A stretch of 46,815 nt of DNA, filler included, from Catajapyx aquilonaris (taxonomy: Eukaryota), in the NCBI GenBank assembly GCA_000934665.2. It is 2 parts of 2 records of this genome, joined end to end, with 100 filler letters (N's around TTAATTAATTAA, not from the genome) between each part and the next. Parts side by side here need not be neighbours in the genome. Positions count along the whole stretch, not along the records: positions 1 to 23,359 come from JYFJ02005696.1; 1 more part is not named here. One strand, written 5' to 3'. This document shows, piece by piece, positions 1-11,480 of the stretch. Numbering within the stretch: the first letter of the stretch is position 1; the number at the start of each line of letters is the position of its first letter. Both the position numbers and the translations under genes were made by a program. The notes below the pieces were generated by a model. It was not told where the DNA came from. It worked only from the letters and a program-made list of their open reading frames with translations, and did not search any database.

Positions 1-1431
1 GTGTCTTCCAGGATCCTGACACATAACAATGAGAAGTTTCCTGTTGCCAGCATGTTTTTTGAAGTCAAGTAGAGTCCAGAAGGGTGCAAGAAAGATCACT
101 GCAGCAGAAAGTGAGTATAAAGCCCTTTATTCTTCTTGAATATTTGTTCCTGCATGATTTATGACAGTTGTGACAAACATGATGAGAAACATTCATGCTG
201 TATACGCGGATACCAATGATGACAGTAAAATGTGGCTGTGTTGTATTCTGATGTAAAGTCACAATTACTTGCTATTTTTCCCATATGCAATTGGGAAGCA
301 AGAGTGTCATTTACCTAATCTGTGTCTTCCAGGATCCTGACACATATCAATGAGAAGTTTCCTGTTGCCTGTTTTTGAAGTCAACTAGAGTCAAGAAGGG
401 TACAAGAAGGATCATTCCAGAATAAAGTGAGTAAAAAGTCATTTATTATTCTTGAATATTTGGTCCTGCATGATTTATGACAGTTGTGACAAACATGATG
501 AACAACCTTCAACTGTACATCAAGAGCAAGGACGTTGGACACCAATGATGATAGTGAAAGTGTGATTTAGCGTGTTCTGATTTAGTCACAATTACCAGCT
601 ACTTTTCCCATATGCAAATGGGAAGATAGAGTGTGATTTTAATAATATGTCTTCCAGAAACCTGATACACGATATTATGGGAAGATTCCTGTTGCATCAT
701 GTTTTTCAAGTCCACTGGAGTCGAGAAGGGTACAAGAAGGATCATTCCAAAATAAAGTGAGTAAAAAGATCTTTATTATTCTGGAATATTTGTTCCTGCA
801 TGATTTATGACAGTTGTGACAAAGATGATGAGAAACATTCATGCTGTATACGCGGACACCAATGATGACAGTAAAATGTGGCTGTGTTGTATTCTGATGT
901 AAAGTCACAATTACTGGCTATTTTTCCCATATGCAAATGGGAAGCAAGAGTGTCATTTACCTAATCTGTGTCTTCCAGCATCCTGACACATAACAATGAG
1001 AAGTTTCCTGTTGCCATCATGTTTTTTGAAGTCAACTAGAGTCCAGAAGGGTGCAAGAAAGATCACTGCAACAGAAAGTGAGTATAAAGCCCTTTATTCT
1101 TCTTGAATATTTGTTCCTACATGATTTATGACAGTTGTGACAAACATGATGAATACTCTTCAACTGTACATCAAGAGCGAGGACATTGGACACCAATGAT
1201 GATAGTGAAAGTGTGATAGAGCGTGTTCTGATTTAGTCCCAATTACCAGCTACATTTCCAAAGGCAAATGGAAGATAGAGTGTTCTTTTACTAATCTGTC
1301 TTCCAGAAACCTCATACTTATCTGTTGATACATGATATTATGGGAAGATTCCTGTTGCATCATGTTTTTCAAGTCAACTAGAGTCAAGAAGGGTGCAGAA
1401 ATATCAATACAAAATAAAGTGAGTAAAAAGT
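1..1431 (+). repeat. Tandem ~320-bp satellite-like repeat (about 4.4 units; two alternating variants give a ~645-bp dimer)
   Basis: Units restart at TGTCTTCCAG near 2, 323, 648, 969 and 1297. Internal segments alternate between GAAACATTCATGCTGTATACGCGGA (units 1, 3) and CTTCAACTGTACATCAAGAGC (units 2, 4). Confidence 0.95.
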
Positions 1432-2319
1432 CCTGGGTGGTTCGATTTCAGATCAGGCCAGATCCCGAAGAGTTGTCAGAGCGTGGTCTCCGATTATTAC
1501 GGATAAATTACACGAAGTACCGCTGTCGAAATGATGACCAATGACACAGGCTATTTTTCAGTAAAATTTTTTATTTGCCCTGAAAAAAATCATAACCGCA
1601 GTGCTACCACATCTGCTATTTCTCGAAGTTAATTTTTTCTCAAATTAGGACACCTGTACCAATTGCCCTATACGATTCGCACAAACCAAAGTAATGGAGC
1701 AACTGCCTACGTAGGTCCGAATACTAGATGTAATATAATTGCGAATGTATAATTAGCAACCGCGGAACATATATAATGGCAAAAATGCTGTTTTACGACA
1801 TTTTCGCAATTCTCGCAATTTTTTTTGTTTGCAAACAAAATACGTATTTGTGGGCAAATTAAAGATATAGACTTTCAGTACAACTCATACCTTCTCTACT
1901 TATCAGCTTTGTTAAGCTTTGAAGTCAAAGGTTAACAGTGGAGCCATTGTTGAACATTGTTAACTTCGCAAAACATATTTTGGAAGAAAATCATTTTCTC
2001 AAAAAACCCACGCGATAAATTAACACCTATTTATTTCTCGGCAGAGGAACATCTGAGCCACACACCAGTGCAAATATTTCTCTCCCCCCGAGGTGTATGA
2101 TCCTGATTTGAATTTTATTACTTCATCGTCTCCGGCGCTCTCCATGAAGCTCACCGACCCAATCCCATGACTCATAGCATCATCTACGGTACATTTGATT
2201 AGAACTTCTCTCGTACATGTAAGCTACATGTGATTGTATGATACCTTGAAACTTATATACTGGTTAATGCTAGTATGTGAGGTCCGGTGAGGTCAAATCA
2301 GGCATAGAGGTATTGCAAA

Positions 2320-2512
2320 GTCTTACGTGCAAGAATGATCATTGCAAAATAAAGTGAGTGAAAAGTCATTTATTCTTCTTTAATATTTGTTCCTACATGA
2401 ATTATGACAGTTGTGACAACGATGAAAAACATTCAAGATGTACAATGGTACATGGACACCAATAATGACAGTAAATGTGCTTAGCGTGTTCTGATTTAGT
2501 AAAAATTACCAG
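2320..2512 (+). repeat. Further diverged partial copy of the same ~320-bp repeat
   Basis: GCAAGAATGATCATTGCAAAATAAAGTGAGT...ATGACAGTTGTGACAA...GGACACCAATAATGACAGT matches the unit; separated from the array by ~890 bp of unrelated sequence. Confidence 0.85.
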
Positions 2513-2932
2513 ATCTATTTTCATGAGAGAAAGGTCAAGTCTCTGTACAAATATGACACCTACATATCTCATAGGAAATTGAGAGTAAATAGAGTTTTAT
2601 TTTGTGCAATAAAGCCTCTTATAACGAGTTTGTCGATAATTTATATGAATAAATACTTATCTGATGAATTTGTTCCAAGGCATCGAGAGATAAAGCGTAA
2701 TGTAGCTGGATCAAGTAGGCAATAATTGTCAAAAAGATGAGTTGGTGTAAACTGTTCTTCCGTATTACATTTTCCCCTTAAGACATAGGTTTACAATCGA
2801 TCCCGCCCTCTGTTACAACCACTGTTACTATGAGGGCGTCGATTGTAACACTCTGCTTTGGCTTGAAAAACATTTATAAATCTCTCAATTTTTAATCTTA
2901 ACAATTATTTATAATGTTAATTATTTCACATA

Positions 2933-3198
2933 GGGAGGCGAAGTGGTGCTGCGGTAACGTACGCGCCCGCGGATGTGAAAGTCCCGGGATCAAATCCCGC
3001 CCGGGGACACCCCCTTCATCTCGTGCATAGTTCAGGGTCACCTCTGGCTTCGTCTCGGGTGGTATTTCCAACAGACTAAACCACCCGGGGAAGTTCACTA
3101 AAAATGGCACCTTGCACATCCCCTCCTGTCATCCTGCGCCCGTGGGCCTGGGCGTTTCAAATGATATGTCCCCATGTGGGGGCGAAAGCACATTACCC

Positions 3199-3244
<46 letters not shown>

Positions 3245-3272
3245 CTATTATACTATTATACTATTATTATTA
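2933..3272 (+). mobile_element. tRNA-derived SINE with (TAT)n tail
   Basis: Pol III A-box-like GTGGTGCTGCGGT, B-box-like GGGATCAAATCCC, body, then (TAT)n from ~3200. Confidence 0.75.
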
Positions 3273-3512
3273 TAGAATACTGAATATTCAGAGTGGGTTT
3301 ATGTCGGGTAAGAGTTGTGTAGATCAGATATTCTGTATGAGACTCGTGATAGAAAAGTATTTAGCTGTAAACAAGAAGGTTTTTGTTGCCTTTGTAGACT
3401 TAGAGAAAGCATATGACACAGTAAGTAGGGAAGGTTTGTGGGAAGTTCTGAGTCTCTATGGAGTGAAGGGCCGCCTGTTGGAGGCTGTAAAGTCATTGTA
3501 TGAAGAGAGTAG

Positions 3513-3774
3513 TGTTGTAATATTGCATTACACAGATCAATAAACAAGTCTCTCAGAGGGGATTCCCACCTCCACCCAATAGCCAATCCTAGACCAGGAA
3601 AGTTGCACAATGTTGCTTCATGCTTCCAGCCTTTCCTCCCCCATCACCCTTGCTTATGCCTCCCTTCCACCTAGCCACGCAGCAGTCTAGAGACTGGACC
3701 CAAAGAAAGCGGATGTAACTCAGTCTGTGTATCACTTATAACATTCTCACTGACAACCAGGTAATGTTATAACA
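3513..3774 (+). repeat. 5' LTR (262 bp)
   Basis: TGTTGTAATA...TGTTATAACA, near-identical to 6516-6781. Confidence 0.97.
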
Positions 3775-3785
3775 TGGTGGCAGCG
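3775..3785 (+). promoter_or_regulatory. Primer-binding site, tRNA-Leu type
   Basis: TGGTGGCAGCG directly after the LTR; complementary to the 3' end (...CGCUGCCACCA) of eukaryotic tRNA-Leu. Confidence 0.75.
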
Positions 3786-3854
3786 TGTGTGTGTGAGAGA
3801 GGGGGGACTGTGCTTTACAACAGACAGTGACGCTGGTGCATCGCCGTTGGCGTG

Positions 3855-5000
3855 ATGGCGCATCACCTATCGCCTCCTCAACATCTGCAGCTGGGGGATT
3901 CCCCGGCGGATGACTGGTCGAGATGGCTGCAGGGTTTCCAGTTTTATATGACGGCCGCAAACTTTGACGGGGTGCCGGAAAGCCGAAAGGTTGCGCTTCT
4001 CCTCACCGCCATGGAGCCTACCGGACTGGAAATTTATAACACCTTGCCTGCTCCTGCTGATGGCGTCAGAGCGACCTTGGCCCACTATGTTGGTGCGTTC
4101 ACTACGTACTTCGCTCCTCTTCGGAATGTAACGTATGAGCGCCATAAGTTTGGCACGTGCGTGCAGTAGCCAGGTCAGATGATAGACGCTTTTCTGACCG
4201 AGCTGCGCACAAAGGCGAAAACCTGTGACTTTGGTGACAGGGAAGAAGGGATACTGGTGGACAAGATAATCCAGGGCGTCCGCAGTGACAAGGACCGGGA
4301 GGACATGCTGCGTCGACCGAATTTGACCCTGAAGGATGCCATGGACATTTGCCGTGCAGGTGAGATGTCCAGGTCGCAGTTGGGCGCTTTCCAGGCCCAG
4401 ACGAGCTCCATAGCGGCTCTCCAGCGCCCAGTACCGGCGCCACGCAAGTCGGTGCAACGCAGTACTGCTTCTTCGGGGCCTGATGGGGGGCCAGGTGCGC
4501 GGACTGGAGAGGAAGAGAGGGGTCAACGCCACCAAGGGGCTGGCCAGGCCTCTGCGGACTCTTCTCGGAAGCAGCAGAAGCCCTGTGGTAATTGTGGCTG
4601 CACGCATGCGTATCGACAGTGTCCAGCCTACGGTAAGATATGCTCCGCATGTGGTAAGCAAAACCACTATGCCCGAGTTTGCCGCCAGCGTGTGGTGCAG
4701 GCACTGACGACGCCGAGTGATGGCGCTTCGACGGGGGAGGAGGAGTTCTACATAGATACTCTTTACGCTGTCGGTGCGCTAGCGGGACTATCCTCCACAC
4801 GGAAGTGGGCAGCAGATGTCAGTGTGATGGGACACCGGGTAACATTCAAAATTGACACAGGTGCGCAGGCGAATGTGATGTCGGCGGGCCTCCTACGAAG
4901 TTTCGCTCCAATGGTGGACGTGAAGGAAACAACTAGCAAGTTGATGACATATACGGGTCAGCGCATTCCACTCAAGGCTACCTTGTGCTGCAAAGGGGCA
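3855..5000 (+). pseudogene. gag: gag-protease of the LTR element (in-frame TAG at 4167-4169; frameshift after protease)
   Basis: ORFs 3852-4169 and 4179-5243 share a frame; two zinc knuckles CGNCGCTHAYRQC and CSACGKQNHYARVC; aspartic protease FKIDTGAQANVM. Confidence 0.9.
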
Positions 5001-5085
5001 GGAGGCTACCCTTACGTTCCTCATCACCGAGGAGGAGTATGCACCTGTCTTAGGTCTGCAGGCATGTGTCGAGGGTCTTCGGCTG

Positions 5086-6421
5086 GTGGCCAGGGTGGGT
5101 GTGGTGCAAGCTTCTCCGCCCACATCGGACACAACCGGTGCCACGGCGGAGGCCATCGTCGCGGAGTATCCAGACGTCTTCCGGGGACTGGGAACTCTAC
5201 CAGGTACCGAGCACATACAGGTGGCGCCAGACACGCTGTCTAGGTCACCATTTCCGCATTCTGCGATGCCAACTCCGGATGAAGATGCGCAGAATGAGCT
5301 ACTCATAAACAACCTGCCAGTAACCGACGAACGACTGGAAGAGTTACGGACGGAGACGTCCGAGCAGATCGCCCAGATGATCCGGACCTGCGAGGTGTGC
5401 GCCAAGTACCAGCAACGGAGCTTGCGAGATCCGTACCTGCCTCACCCAATACCATACGGGCCATGGCAGCGGGTCGTAGTGGACTTCTTCGACCTACGAG
5501 GGTCCACCTACGTTGAGGTCATCGATTACTACTCTAAGTACGCTGCCTTCACTGAAGGCTGCCCCAGTCATTGCACGCCTGAAAGCAGTCTGGGCCAGAC
5601 ACGGTGTACCCCTCGAAGTGGTGACTGACGGAGGACCTCCGTTCAACGGAAAAGAGTTCCAGTTGTTCGCGGACGCGTGGCGGTTCACTCACGTACGGAC
5701 GAGCCCCCACTTCCCGCAGTTGAATGGCCAGGCGGAACGTGCCGTTCAGTCGATGAAACAACACATCAGGAAGTCTTTGGCCGACGGGAAGGACCAGTAT
5801 GAGATCCTGCTGGCGCTGCGGACCACACCGGTCCAGGGGTCAACATGGACTCCTGCACAACTCCTCATGGGCCGGGACATACAGACAAGCCTTCCTCAGA
5901 TATCCAAAGATCCTCCTCCCGTCCCACATTCTCTTTATCGAGCAGGTCGAGAGGAGTACCAGGCCAAATGGGCGGATGCAGCGGCCAATAGACGACATCG
6001 GTCGCCTTTTGCTGACGGCGCCGCAGTGAGGGTCCGCACAGATGACCGGGAGTGGCGACCTGCAACAGTGGTGACCTCGGCTTCCACGCCACGCTCATGC
6101 GTGGTCCCTACCTCATCGGGCAGGCAGCTGCGCCGCACCAGCCAGAATCTGCGAGAGGCCCATGGAGTGCCTCCCACACCTGCCCCAGTGGTCAGCCCAG
6201 CCCAGGCGACGACCTCAGAGGGACCGCCGCCGGTATCAGCCCGACCTGGCCTGGGGGTGACACCAGTGGCCTCCCCTGTGCCTTCGCCGGGGCTCTCCGT
6301 GGAGGGGCCACCTCCGGGAGGAGAGACAGCTCCGGTTGATGATTCGTCGCTGACGCCGGACGGGTGCTACCGTACCCGCCTAGGTCGACGTGTGATGCTC
6401 CCTCGCCGATTGCTGGATTGA
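5086..6421 (+). pseudogene. pol: pol remnant: RT/RNase H deleted, integrase core present (frameshifted ~5545)
   Basis: EYPDVFRGLGTL jumps to PDTLSR; CEVC; PWQRVVVDFF, IDYYSKY, VTDGGPPF, SPHFPQLNGQAERAVQ. Confidence 0.9.
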
Positions 6422-6515
6422 CTTTGTGTTTATTTTGTTATTTTATTTCGGAACGAACTTTGACGCTGTGTATTGCTCTGGGGTTATTTTAGAAAAAAAG
6501 AGAGAAAAAAGAACG

Positions 6516-6781
6516 TGTTGTAATATTGCATTATTATACAGATCAATAAACAAGTCTCTCAGAGGGGATTCCCACCTCCACCCAATAGCCAATCCTAGAC
6601 CAGGAAAGTTGCACAATGTTGCTTCATGCTTCCAGCCTTTCCTCCCCCATCACCCTTGCTTATGCCTCCCTTCCACCTAGCCACGCAGCAGTCTAAGAGA
6701 CTGGACCCAAAGAGAACAGATGTAACTCAGTCTGTGTATCACTTATAACATTCTCACTGACAACCAGGTAATGTTATAACA
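6516..6781 (+). repeat. 3' LTR (266 bp)
   Basis: Copy of 3513-3774 with a few substitutions and small indels, preceded by a polypurine tract. Confidence 0.97.
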
Positions 6782-7850
6782 AGTAGAGCTTGTGTTAGAA
6801 CTAGTGGGGGTTTCTCTGACTGGTTTAACATTAGCGTTAGGGTTAAGCAGGGTTGTGTCATGTCTCCCTGGTTATTTAATTTGTACTTAGATGCATATGT
6901 AAGGGAAGCTATGGTTGAAGGTGTAGGAGTGCAGTTTGGTGATGAGTTAGTTATTCACTTGCTGTATGCAGATGATTCTGCCCTTCTGGCGGAGAGTGAG
7001 GCTGATTTACAGTAACTGTTGATCCTATGCAAGTTAGATAATGTTTGTGAAAAGAGGGGTATGAGGATTAACGTAGATAAGACTAAGGTATTGGTATTTG
7101 AGAAGGGACAGCAGGTTTCTCCTTGTATGTTGCAGGTACGAGGAAAACTGGTTGAACAGGTCAGCCAGTTTGTATACCTGGGTAGTGATCGTGAGAGTAA
7201 TGATAGAATTGATGGGGAAATAGACAGGAGAGTTAGTTCTGGGTTGAAAGTAATAGGTGCCACAAGTAAGTTTTCTAGAAATAAGGACTTATCTTCTGCC
7301 TGTAGGTTGTTTGTCTATTCTCACGTTATTGTTCCTTCACTTATGTATGGTAGTGAAGCGTGGGTTTGGTCAGATAGGCATAAGAGTAGGGTGTTGGCTA
7401 CAGAGATGCGTTATCTCCGGAGGTCTACTCTAAGGTGGTTTGGCCATGTGGAGAGGATGAAGGAGGAGGAGATTGTGAAGAAGGTTTATTTGGGAGGAGT
7501 AGTTGGTAAGAGGGGCAAGGGTAGGCCTAGGAAGACATGGTTGGACCAGGTGGGTCAGTGTCTTAAGGGTGTTGCTAGTGTTAAGCCGAGACGTTCTTGT
7601 GTCAATAGGACCAACACCATGGACGTGGCTGAGGCTATGGTTGTTTGTTTGGATAGGTGTAAAGGCGTAGGTTAATTAATGGGTAAATAGGGAAATATGT
7701 CTGAGGATAAGGTGATGTCTGAGGTGGGCAGGGGTGGGGGTGGGACAGGTTGTTTTTAGGTTTATTCTCAAGAGTTTTATTAGTTCATATGTTGGGTTAG
7801 CTTGCGTCTCCCTTTGTCGCTGACTACCCCTCATAGGGAAATGTCGTGAT

Positions 7851-7877
7851 GTTGTTGTTGTTGTTGTTGTTGTTGTT

Positions 7878-7940
<63 letters not shown>
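7851..7940. repeat. (TTG)n(TAT)n microsatellite; retroelement tails
   Basis: Direct inspection. Confidence 0.95.
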
Positions 7941-7943
<3 letters not shown>

Positions 7944-8932
7944 TTTCACAGAGAGGAATGTTGCCTGGTTTCCACCATATCATAAACTTTAACCCAAATG
8001 CGTACGTAGCAGAAATAAACAAGATTGGCAAAACACGTGAGCGGGATTATAGTTGAATTTTTCTCATAAATATGAAACTTTACCGGTAATGTCATGGCGG
8101 CCGAGGACCTGCATGGCAAACAGGTCCAACTTCTGAAATTAATTACACAGCCACTGTTGCTGTGCGCGAGGTAAAACCCAGGGCAAATCCGCTGCGACAC
8201 ACTTGGTCAGGAACCCAGGGAAACTAATACATTTCGAAATCTAACGATAACCCCCGCCCGTGAAATAGACTTGTGCAGATAGAGGGAACCAGGAAAACCG
8301 GAAGTGGCGGGTCACCGGAAGTTGACCATGACACCTGTTCTAGTCACTCATAATCGCTCATAATCATAATCCGAAAACCGTTTGAGGCCTGATTCAGTGT
8401 CCACAGACAACAGACTCAGTCGTGGGGCAGTAGTGTCATGTAATTGACGGTCTTCTCGCTCATTATAATGCACCACCACCATAATATGAAAATCGCTTTG
8501 CAAGAAGGAGAACTGCAAATGTGAGTAGTGTCACACCCAGGCCCCATTCCCAAATTCCAATATATACAATAGTGTTTGCAAATCTCTCAAATAAATCTCT
8601 AGACATTACTACCATCCCTGTTGCCCAACTCTCTGCTGCATTTTAACATACGGTCAGCATTCGCACAGCCAACAAAATGTACGGATGGTTTCTGATCCTT
8701 CCATGCAATCAGTCCATATACCGCGTCCTGATTGTAGTGTTGTCCTACCTTACATTTGGGCTGTGGCCAAGTCCTCTCTTTTTTACTCCTTGACTCCCAT
8801 TGTTAGTCACATTCATTCGAATTTCTTACACGTAACAAAAACTTAAAGACTGTTCAAAATGTGTATTGTAGTTTTTTTTAGTCTTTTACACGTTGCATAA
8901 ATTTTGACCAAACACCTCTTGCAGATAGAAGG

Positions 8933-10352
8933 TTAAAAGTGGTAGGGGTTAAAAGTGTGAACGGGAAAACTTTTTCGAACTTGGCCTAGGCATTTCGTTC
9001 TGTCGATATAAATGCTATTCGTCTTGTTATTCATATCGCATTCCAGATTCTGTCGGAACTGCAGCAGAGAATCACGGCAATGGCAGACTTCTTCCATTTT
9101 CTCCCTCAATTCCTTCCTTGAAAACACCAGATTGTCGCACTCCCGTGAAAGCCTGCAACCATGACAGTTTGAGTGATTAATTTTTTGTCTTTAAAATGAA
9201 AATCATAATTGCAATAATCTGCGTTTTTATACCTCTCCTGTGCTAGGTCCCTACAATGTTCCATGCCTGGTCGTTGATTGCGATTGCTCAGCCGAGTCTG
9301 AACCAATTGGAGGGTCTTAGCCCAATCGCACATGGTGTTATCCATTTTTTGAAGTACGCGGTTCAAAGTCTGCACCTCTGCTGCTACGTTCTGATGGTAG
9401 TTGTTCAGGCAGTCCCTTGCTTTCGTGCTAACCTGGGAACACTTCTCTAGGGCAGAATTGGTGGACTTCCAAGCTTCCCACATTTCCTTAGTCATTTGCT
9501 CGTTGGCCTTATCTGCCGTAGCTCGCAAGCGAGTAGCTTTAAATCTAGCCTCCTTTGAGCGCTGGATGAGATTGGCAGAATACATTGCTCGGTCATGCGC
9601 ATGAGGGATTCTGAAAATAAGCAGTCAAGAACGTAAGTTTCAGACAGACTTCCCAGTTTGTTAGAGGAATTGGATTTTTCCTCACATCATGTGTTGTGCG
9701 TATGCAGACTGAGGTTGGAAAGCAATAGTGTCAGAATGCTTGGTCATATCCACGCAGTCCTGGTCAATCTTGTTTGCCGTTTCCTTTTGTTTCACGTCGT
9801 GTTCCATCTGAATTCGAATAGCTCGTAGCTCTCCCATCTCAGTTCAAGAAAACGAGAATGCATAGCTCTTAGTCACCTTGGACTAAATTCTATCAAATAT
9901 TTCTATTATAATAGGTGTTAGGTTAATATCCTACCTGAAAGTTTATCTTGTCAATGAGACTGAGAATCTTACTTATCCAGCAACCCAGAAGTAGTTTTTC
10001 CTTCTTAAAAGACCTCTCCGCAAAATCCCTCTTATTGTCAGTCCCTGTTAGGAAGAGTCGCGCATTTAATTATACAACGTCAACAACGTTGTCTTATTAG
10101 TGTGAAACTCACACGTATACTGTACCTTTGCGCTCTTGACGTATAACTAGCGCCTTGTCTGCGCCTCGTATAATTTCACTTGCACTTTTAGATGTTTTCA
10201 CCATAGCATCACGAATTATTTGTAGAAGGTCGCATTCTTCACGGTTTGCCTCAATTTCTTTAGTCAACATGTAATGCCACTCTTTTGTTTCCATAATGTT
10301 ATCTCTCAATACCTGAGTAGAGTTTTGCTCTTCACGTTTCACAGTGGAGTTC
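8933..10352 (-). CDS. Divergent tektin-family protein; exons 10352-10126, 10044-9935, 9837-9686, 9610-9233, 9152-8933; 5' exon(s) unresolved
   Basis: GT-AG introns with compatible phases (1,0,2,2) give a continuous coiled-coil ORF with QTRLSNRNQRPGMEHCRD (tektin RPNVELCRD signature variant) and a C-terminal LECDMNNKTNSIYIDRTKC. The acceptor at 9838 is an uncommon GAG. Confidence 0.88.
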
Positions 10353-10924
10353 CTATATTAATAATGAGGAAAGGGGCATGCATCAAGACATGTGTGATAC
10401 TAGTGAAGTCCGAAAAGGTTTTGCGTAGGCCTATTCATATTTTCGAATCAGGTACAATTATTACATGATAATAATATTATGTTTTGGTTGGCCTTGATCG
10501 TGCATGTTGCACCTCCAGACGTGACGTCAGATAAAATGGTGTGGTTCTCTGCTCTTCTTTCACCATCGCCGCGCCGCCTCACCCACTCACGGGATTATGG
10601 TACCACAACCACACAATCATGCTACATGCACATTCGTATAGCAGACAACTGCCTGCATTTCTCATCCTTCGCCCATATTTTCAACGCACGTAACCTACGT
10701 ATCGCCTGGCTAAATGAGGTTGAGCAAGCTCTATCCAGGGCCTTCTCGTATCCGACTGCTGCGCATGCGCGCAACATGAAACCTCAAGGCCAACCATCAC
10801 ATTTCGTAATAAAATATATACTTACTCCATGCATGATCTTTTTTCACCCTGTAAGTGTATCGGCATCGAAAATATAAATACGCGAAATTTTTGGCATTCC
10901 CCAGTGTATGGTCTATAGACTATA

Positions 10925-11327
10925 CAGGGTGTCCGTGAATTGACCAATCAGGCCTGTACCCGTGGCTCCATTGACACCAGAGGATCATGTCATGTAGAGG
11001 AGTCATTATATCTGGGCAGCCTTATTACTAAGATAATTGATCATTTGCGATTTAGCGATTGCGCCTGAGTGATTGTCACAGATTGTCACAGATCACATGC
11101 GACATGCTAGTAGCCAAATGGAAAAGCTGCTATTTTCACCCGTGATGCGATTTCGGGGCTGAAGGTTTCATACCTCCCAGGATACTTTGTACTTGTCGTA
11201 TAAAGGCAATTATTATCACTGCAGTAATGAGGCTGCCCAGACATAATGACTCCTCTACATAACATGATCCTCTGCTGTCAACTGAGCCACGGGTACAGGT
11301 CTGACTGGTCGGTTCACGGACACCCTG
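10925..11327. mobile_element. Tc1/mariner-type MITE (403 bp)
   Basis: TA|CAGGGTGTCCGTGAA...TTCACGGACACCCTG|TA; imperfect inverted repeats of ~105 bp. Confidence 0.92.
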
Positions 11328-11403
11328 TATACAATATTGTTACTATATTTTGTTGAAAAAATTCCCCTAACAAGAGTCAGTTATGCATATTATGCGGTAA
11401 AAC

Positions 11404-11405
<2 letters not shown>

Positions 11406-11471
<66 letters not shown>

Positions 11472-11480
11472 TTGATGATG
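11406..11480. repeat. (GAT)n microsatellite
   Basis: Direct inspection. Confidence 0.95.

Larger units (their letters stand above)
3513..6781 (+). mobile_element. Ty3/gypsy (Mag-like) LTR retrotransposon, internally deleted, non-autonomous
   Basis: LTRs 3513-3774 and 6516-6781 (TG...CA); 5-bp TSD AGTAG (3508-3512 / 6782-6786); PBS TGGTGGCAGCG at 3775; PPT ~6491-6513; gag, protease and integrase motifs inside. Confidence 0.97.
3273..7880 (+). mobile_element. 5'-truncated RTE-type non-LTR retrotransposon (LINE), degenerate, split by an LTR element
   Basis: RT motifs QSGF..GKSCVDQIF and FVDLEKAYD (3290-3512) resume after 6786 as VKQGCVMSPWLFN, LLYADD, YGSEAW, LRWFGHVERM, GKRGKGRPRKTW. In-frame stop near 7012; (TTG)n tail at ~7851. 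Confidence 0.92.

Noticed and set aside
1..1431. CRISPR-like array or protein-coding repeat on minus (MTLHQNTTQPHF ORFs)
   Set aside because: Units are ~320 bp with no unique spacers, there are no cas genes and the context is eukaryotic; the minus ORFs are by-products of the repeat.
3112..3290. Poly-Tyr, poly-Ile and poly-Gln ORFs here and at 7831-8031, 17088-17276, 36812-37036
   Set aside because: Translations of trinucleotide microsatellites.
4167..4169. Programmed stop-codon readthrough in gag
   Set aside because: The TAG is mid-gag, not at the gag-pol boundary, in an element with other lesions; a point mutation is simpler.
10479..10877. 132-aa plus-strand ORF or tektin first exon
   Set aside because: No recognisable motif, and no ATG exon with a good GT donor in the required phase on minus.
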